Assembly: GCF_006345805.1 (NCBI RefSeq)
Contig: NW_021825783.1
Location: 1 to 14,621, forward strand
DNA length: 14,621 nucleotides
DNA from: Octopus sinensis
Lineage: Eukaryota
Direction: 5' to 3'
The position numbers were made by a program, and so were the translations under genes. The notes under the pieces are model-generated. The model saw only the letters and a program-made list of their open reading frames with translations, was not told the origin of the DNA and made no database searches. This document shows, piece after piece, positions 8,755-14,621 of the stretch. Every line of letters starts with the position of its first letter. Within the stretch, counting starts at the first letter, position 1.

Positions 8755-9026
8755 TTCTATTGGTGCTTCCGGCTGACAAGACACAACGATGTCGAAACAC
8801 CGGTGTCATAGAATCCCTTGTACCAATAAATCCCTCTCAACGCATGGCTATGGTGCTCCCCCACTACTTCTGCTCATGTTCAGAGATGCACATATCGTCA
8901 GCCACTAAGGGACATGCTCAACTAGTTAAGGTCAAACAACTGACAAGCAAATCTGTGGTATTGAGCAGAATATTTGCTGTAGCCCTTCTTTTATACTAAG
9001 ACAAAACAATGTACATGACAACACTT
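8755..9026 (+). mobile_element. Copy of a TAA/TTA-associated non-coding element, with a decayed hammerhead near its left end
   Basis: 8829-9026 is the reverse complement of 13934-14131 (about 16 mismatches in 198 nt by hand count, no indels) and abuts a (TTA)n tract. The left boundary is uncertain. Confidence 0.8.
8773..8807 (+). ncRNA. Decayed type-I hammerhead ribozyme core (G8>A)
   Basis: CTGACAA / stem II GACA-CAACGA-TGTC / GAA / palindromic stem III ACACCGGTGT / C17 (GUC site). Confidence 0.55.
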
Positions 9027-9114
9027 AATATTATTATTATTATTATTTATTTTATTATTATTATTATTGCTGTTGTTGTTTTTGTTGTTATTATTATTAT
9101 TATCATTATTATTA

Positions 9115-9146
<32 letters not shown>

Positions 9147-9170
9147 TATTATTATTATTATATCATTATT
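9027..9170. repeat. (TTA)n microsatellite with a (TTG)n insert
   Basis: Direct reading. Confidence 0.97.
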
Positions 9171-10330
9171 AAACCGGCAACCCCACTAAGCTTGCTTGGT
9201 GAGGAGGGTGGATTTTCTACACCCTGCGGTATTAAAAACAAAACCCGGCAAAGGGCAAAGCAACTCAGAAGAGTCAATGGCCATTCCGAAAACGGTAGAT
9301 GGAACTCGTGAGCCTTGTTTGGTATTCTGTTAAGGAGAAGGAACCTGGGGTAGACGTGACTCCTTAGTCACATTGGTGACGATCTGTCAGTCTCCAACGG
9401 CTCTATGCTTGGGATGAAAGCGAATGAACCGCGAATCGGGACTTAACTCCGGTGCAATATTTGGAAGAAGTTACGGGGCCAACAGCCGCTCACCTGTCTC
9501 CTAGTGAAAATCCTGATCTTGGATCCCAACACACAGAAATGCGAAGGGAACAGGCCCAACTTATGGGTAGTAAGAGCTCTGCAATCTTGCTTGACTATCT
9601 TCCTTGAGATAGTGTCTCGATAAAAATTCCGGTTGGTAGCTAACCTTAAAACAAACCTCATTGTTGAGTGAAAATGTCTTATATAACTATATCAAATAAC
9701 GGTGTTAATTAGGCAGAAACCAAAGGTGAAAACCTTTCTCCCAGCAGGTACCCTGTGGTTTAGCAGCACAGGCCCGGTCGAACTCGAGAGCTTAATGAGA
9801 TACCGAGCCCAAAGTAAGGAAACCTTGCTAGTGACAGGAACGAGGGAGTATTGAGAGACTAGCAAAATCCTCTGGGATTTCCCAATCCAAAAAGATCAGG
9901 TGCTAGAGCATAACTAGTGGTGGTGGACAAGGTGCACCACATATGCTATATGGTTGATGTGGCACGTCCCTTTGACTCACAAATAGTCATGAAGGAAGGC
10001 GAAAAGATAGATAGATGCAACCCTCTTAAGTACGAAATACTCCGGCTATGGAAAATGAAGAAAGTGAAGATAGTGCCAAGTATTGTTGGGTCGTAGGGAA
10101 TAGTATCAGAAGGCATCAAGAGGAATATAAAGGAAATTGGAATAGAGGGCCCAGCAGAAGAGTAACAGAACATTTGCCTCCTTGGCACGGCCAGAATAAT
10201 CAGGGAAGTATTAGGTAACTGAAAACAACAACGAGATGGCATGGTACCGTAGACTACAAGCAACAAGCCCACTACGCATGCAAAACTCTAGAAGTGCCAA
10301 CAAAATCAGCGATAAACAGAAATAATAATA
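9171..10330 (+). mobile_element. Internally deleted R4/Dong-like RLE non-LTR retrotransposon
   Basis: Putative 5' UTR 9171-9673, decayed ORF start at 9674, RLE C-terminal domain 9842-10222, ~100-nt 3' UTR and a short (TAA)n tail. Assigning the 5' part to the same element is inference. Confidence 0.75.
9842..10222 (+). pseudogene. Restriction-like endonuclease domain remnant (R4/Dong clade)
   Basis: With two frameshifts it reads EGVL..ETSKILWDFPIQKDQVLEHN/LVVVDKVHHICYMVDVARPFDSQIVMKEGEKIDRCNPLKYEILRLWKMKKVKIVPSIVGS*GIVSEGIKRNIKEIGIEGPAEE*QNICLLGTARIIREVLGN*. It has the WD..I, D(V/I)..P..EK..Y and LGTARI motifs typical of this clade. Confidence 0.85.
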
Positions 10331-10480
10331 TTAATTATTATTATTATTATTGTTGTTGTTGTTGTCGTCATCGTCATCGTTGTGCATCGTAATGTTGATA
10401 TTATAAAAATAAAAAAAAATTAACAGTGAATATATTTCTAAGAATAATTGGTTTGCTAATGAAGTAATAATCTTATTTAG

Positions 10481-10542
10481 GTGTAGGTAAAGAAAGATAC
10501 CGTAAATATTTCATGAAGCTTCTATTTACACCGAAGAATATG
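10481..10542 (+). CDS. Candidate small internal coding exon, product unidentified (GVGKERYRKYFMKLLFTPKNM)
   Basis: Branch-like GCTAAT at 10455-10460, acceptor TCTTATTTAG, donor ATG|GTAAGA. One of three frames is open. Confidence 0.4.
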
Positions 10543-10862
10543 GTAAGAAAATTTAGTAGAATTAGCTCGGATTATAGCATTGAGAATGTTGTTAGTTCCG
10601 AAGAAACAGACGAAAATATTAAGGAAAATTAAAACATAACATACCAGAATGCTAACTTAATATATAACGTAAGGCGAATATAGAATTATAAAATTAGAAG
10701 AAGCATTAATATTTAAAGAGCTGAATGCATAAATAAGCATGTGTTTATTTAGGATTTGGTTAAGTGAAAATAATATAGAAAATAAGAAGCTGCAAATCTA
10801 ATAAAAATGTGCAGCTAATATAAATAGCTAATAAAATAATTATAAAAAAATGTAACTAATAT

Positions 10863-11272
10863 GGCGTAGGAGTGACTGTGTGGTAAGTAGCTTGCTTACA
10901 AAGCATGTGGTTCCGGGTTCAGTTCCTCTGCGTGACATTTTGGACAAGTCTGCTCTATTATAGCCTCGGGCCGACCAAAGCCTTGTGAGTGGATTTGGTA
11001 GACGGAAACTGATAGAAGCCCGTCGAATACATGTGTGTGTGTGTGTGTGTATGTGTCTGTCTGTCTGTCTGTGTTTGTCCTCCCACCATCGCTCGACAGC
11101 CAATGCTGGTGTATTTACGATCCCATAATATAGCGGTTCAGCAAAAGAGACTGATAGAATAAGAACCAGGTTTACAAAGAATAAGTCCTGGGTTCGATTT
11201 GTGCGACTAAAAGGCTGTGCTCCAGCATGGCCGAAGTCAAATGACCAAAACGAATACATGAACAAAAGAATA
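10863..11272 (+). mobile_element. SINE family A, full length
   Basis: Collinear with 12923-13344. Confidence 0.92.
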
Positions 11273-11681
11273 ACAGACAATAAAGAATCAGTTACTGAAT
11301 TCGGTATTACAGGTCAAACGGAGCAGAAGATTCTCATATCTGTACCGGCCTGGTTCTAAATAAGGGAAAACAAAATTTTAGTTTAGAGACTTCAAACTAT
11401 ACCGATGACAGCATAAGTCTCAGCAGAATCAACGCTCCCATGCAAACATAGAAAGAAGCAGAAAACGTTTTGAAGCAAATGTAAAGATGATAGTATTATT
11501 GTTTTTAATACTTCATCATCATCATCATCATCGTTTAACGTCCGTTTTCCATGCTAGCACGGGTTGGACTGTTCGTCCGGGGTCTGGGAAGCCAGGTGGC
11601 TGCACCAGGCACCAATCCGATCTGGTAGTGTTTCTGCAGCTGGATGCCCTTCCTAACGCCAACCACTCCGTGAGTGTAGTC

Positions 11682-11837
11682 GGTGCTTTTTACGTGCCAC
11701 CGGCACAGGTACCAGGCGAGGCTGGCAAAGGCCACGATCGGTTGGTGCTTTTTACGTGCCATCGGCACGGAAGCCAGTCGAGGCGGCGCTGGCAACGGCC
11801 ACATTCAGATGGTGATTTTTACGTGCCACCGGCACTG
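11682..11837. repeat. Three imperfect ~62-67 bp tandem units in the RTE 3' UTR
   Basis: GGTGCTTTTTACGTGCCA(C/T)CGGCAC starts at 11682 and 11744, and a variant (GGTGA...) at 11811. Confidence 0.9.
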
Positions 11838-11990
11838 GTATCACAACTACAATTTCCATTGACTTTTTGATCGATTTCGATTTCACTTGCATCAACAGGT
11901 CTTCGCAAAAGCAGAGTTTTGTGTCCAAAGAAGGACTGGTATGCATAAGTGGACTGGCTACATCCCAAGTAAAGGCCACGGGTCATGGTC

Positions 11991-12152
11991 TCACTTGTCC
12001 TTCCGGGTTTTCTCAAGCACATCATATTTCCAAAGGTCTCGGTCACTAGTCAGTGCCTCGGTGAGACCTAATGTTCGAAGGTCGTGCGTCACCACCTCGT
12101 CCCATATTTTCCTGGGTCTACCTCTTCCACAGGTTCCCTCAACCGCTAAGGT
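11991..12152 (-). pseudogene. RTE reverse-transcriptase C-terminal remnant
   Basis: TLAVEGTCGRGRPRKIWDEVVTHDLRTLGLTEALTSDRDLWKYDVLEKTRKDK*, carrying the RGRPR..W...V..DL...GL....DR..W motif. Confidence 0.88.
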
Positions 12153-12922
12153 ATATTACTCTCGGTATTGGTGATGTTGGATATAATTCTAACAAAATGT
12201 ATCTCCTTCGTATGTTCTGTAATGTATGCATAGGTTACCCTGAATGTCAAATTGTAAAAACTTATCATTCGATCTCTCTGGAGGCGTTGGGAATCCCTTT
12301 ATGACAGATTACGGTATTATTTCATAAAATTAAAGGGAAATATATTTAATGTTATAGAGGACCCTATAAAAATATCTTTTACTAATAATAAACATGTTCT
12401 ATTTAGACGACTCAATGAATTTAATATGGTCGTTTGCAAATTGACTTTAAGAGAGTTAACTGTGAAATATGGCTGTTTAGTTTAGAGATGAGGTTCTTTA
12501 ATTGTTATCCAAATAAGAAATTCTCTTATATTCATGAGTGTTTGTTTCATTCAACGCATTCCAATATTCCAAGGAGGCTTTTATTTTTAAATGTACTTGT
12601 AACAGAATTCAAAACAAAGCGATTATACGTATTAATGGCTGCTTTATATAAGCTATTGACTTTACCATTATGCAAATAGACCGCTCCGTAATTACGTATT
12701 CCTTTAATCTTTCTACTCAATTTAAGTTGGAATATATTGCCAGATTTTAAAAATTTGATATTTTTAATAGGAGCAAAAATGCCGTCTTCACAAGTTTGTC
12801 AATCAATCCTTTTTATTGTGGCATACTTACGGTTATAAAACCGCTTTTCTAAGCCAGAAGTCAACCACATTAGCCCTTTAATGAAACTGCCATTTTCGTT
12901 TTTTTTTTCAAAAAAGTACTTA

Positions 12923-13344
12923 GGCGCAGGAGTGGCTGTGTGGTAAGTAGCTTGCTAACCAACCACATGGTTCCGGGTTCAGTCCCACTGTGCGGCATCT
13001 TGGGCAAGTGTCTTCTGCTATAGCCCCGGGCCGACCAATGCCCTGTGAGTGGATTTGGTAGACGGAAACTGAAAGAAGCCTGTCGTATATATATATCTGT
13101 GTGTGTGTGTGTGTGTGTTTGTGTGTCTGTGTTTGTTCCCCGAGCATTGCTTGACAACCGATGCTGGTGTGTTTACGTCCCCGTCACTTAGCGGTTCGGC
13201 AAAAAGAGACCAATAGAATAAGTACTGGGCTTACAAAAAGAATAAGTCCCGGGGTCGAGTTGCTCGACTAAAGGCGGTGCTCCAGCATGGCCGCAGGCAA
13301 ATGACTGAAACAAGTAAAAGAGTAAAAGAGTAAAGAGTAAGAGA
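12923..13344 (+). mobile_element. SINE family A, full length, best preserved copy
   Basis: A box 12933-12943, B box GGTTCAGTCCC 12976-12986, CORE-like TTGGGCAAGTG, internal (TA)(TG)n, (GAGTAAAA)n tail. Confidence 0.95.
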
Positions 13345-13464
13345 ATAAATGTTCTTAGTGGGAATAACAACATATTTGTAGAAATGTCCAGAGATTGCTT
13401 TTGTAGTTTAGAGTTGCCGTTTCAAAATACAGTTCGACGTGGTAGTTTCACGAAGGAAACTGTC

Positions 13465-13828
13465 CTTTCATTGTTTCAGCCATTAGGCTGCGGCAATGCT
13501 GGGGTACTGCCTTGAAGAATTTTTAGTCGAACGAATCGACACCAGTACTTATTTTTTAACCCTGGTACCTATTCTATCGGATCCTATTGACGAACCGTTA
13601 AGTAACGGATGCATAAACAAAAGCGGTGGTTGGGAACAGACATGTACACACACACACATATATGCAACGGGCTTCTTTTCGTTTCCGCCTACCATTTAAC
13701 TCTCTTAAAGTTGCAAGGCTTTGGTCGGCCCGAGGCTAGAGTAAGATAAATTTGCATAAGGTGCCACGCAGTGGTACTGATCCCATAACCATGAGACTCG
13801 GAAGGAAGTTTCATATGATACAGGCCAT
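13465..13828 (-). mobile_element. Old, diverged SINE family A-like copy
   Basis: Recognisable blocks GCAAGGCTTTGGTCGGCCCGAGGCT, AAGGTGCCACGCAGTGG and GGGCTTCTTTTCGTTTCCG. Confidence 0.8.
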
Positions 13829-13841
13829 GACTTATTAGAAC

Positions 13842-13876
<35 letters not shown>
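13842..13876. repeat. (TAA)n microsatellite
   Basis: Direct reading. Confidence 0.97.
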
Positions 13877-13878
<2 letters not shown>

Positions 13879-14377
13879 GCCCTGGTGCAGTACCAGGCAG
13901 TGGCTCTCATGGCTTCTGATCTTAACTGATTGGAAGTGTTATCATGTACATTGTTTTGTCTTGGCACAAAAGATGGGTTACAGCAAATATTCTGCTCAAT
14001 ACCACAGATTTGCTTGTCAGTTGTTTCACCTTAACCAGTTGAGCATGTATCTTAGTGGCTGACGATATGTGCATCTCTGATCAGGAGCAGAAGTAGTGGG
14101 GGAGCATCATAGCCGTGTGTTGAGAGGAATTCTTTGGGGTTTGAATAATTCACCTCTGGAAACATGGGTGTTTCGTTCAACATCCTTAAACAACCCTTAT
14201 TCAGGGACTTTTCGAGTGGGATGGGTTACTCGACCTGAAGAAAATTCTAACTGGGTCCCACCTGTTGTGATGCATGTGCCTAGTGTACCCTTATCAAACG
14301 GGTAGTCATGATGGGTATACTGGGCTTCGTATATTTTACCCCAGTGTCACTTTGATGGCATGCACTGCTCACTCACA
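13877..14377. mobile_element. ~500-bp non-coding element bounded by (TAA)n on both sides
   Basis: Shares 198 nt at ~92% with 8829-9026 (inverted). No convincing ORF. Orientation unresolved. Confidence 0.75.
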
Positions 14378-14379
14378 TA

Positions 14380-14427
<48 letters not shown>

Positions 14428-14439
14428 TAATAATAATAA
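14378..14439. repeat. (TAA)n microsatellite
   Basis: Direct reading. Confidence 0.97.
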
Positions 14440-14621
14440 CTGAGCAAATATAAAGATCTTGAAATAGAAATCAGCAAAATGTGGAAGCTGAAGACTAAAA
14501 CAATACCTGTTGTCATAGGTGCCCTGGGAATGATAGCAAAAGGGGCTGATAGCTACCTAACTCAGATACCAGGAAACCCAAAAATGGCAGAAGTTCAAAA
14601 GATAGTGCTCATGGGAACTGC
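14440..14621 (+). pseudogene. 5'-truncated R4/Dong-like RLE retrotransposon C-terminal fragment (second subfamily), runs off the window
   Basis: Open frame LSKYKDLEIEISKMWKLKTKTIPVVIGALGMIAKGADSYLTQIPGNPKMAEVQKIVLMGT, homologous to the 9842-10222 peptide and fused directly to (TAA)n. Confidence 0.88.

Larger units (their letters stand above)
11513..12152 (-). mobile_element. 5'-truncated RTE-clade LINE
   Basis: RT C-terminal remnant, 3' UTR containing AGGAAGGGCATCCAGC, and a (GAT)n tail at 11513-11531. Confidence 0.88.

Noticed and set aside
12434-12679. 81-aa ORF in AT-rich unique DNA
   Set aside because: TTG start, Leu/Phe/Lys-biased composition typical of random AT-rich frames, and no motif.
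10840-13373. Recurrent antisense peptides such as RQASFSFRLPNPLTGHWSARG
   Set aside because: They are shared only because they translate the same SINE family; they are not a gene family.
13842-14439. CRISPR-like or regularly spaced array
   Set aside because: Only trinucleotide tracts around a single insert; there is no repeat-spacer periodicity.

Overview
AT-rich, repeat-saturated eukaryotic intronic or intergenic DNA, most likely from an octopus (inferred from the SINE families and the very dense TA/TG/TAA microsatellites). No intact protein-coding gene is present, and most ORFs in the supplied track are microsatellite or antisense-SINE artefacts. Recognisable content: about nine copies or fragments of one bipartite tRNA-derived SINE plus two other SINE types; two non-autonomous Helitrons with a shared 3' end; a 5'-truncated RTE LINE; two R4/Dong-like restriction-like-endonuclease LINE remnants next to (TAA)n/(TTA)n tracts; and two copies of a ~0.3-0.5 kb non-coding element also bounded by these tracts. 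Best leads: two decayed type-I hammerhead ribozyme motifs with palindromic stem III (8773-8807 +, 1002-1037 -), one inside the TAA-associated element; a 23-bp pre-miRNA-like hairpin (5141-5200); closely spaced inverted SINE pairs; an RFX X-box in a CpG-rich patch; and a candidate small exon (10481-10542). Everything was read by eye, with no database searches.
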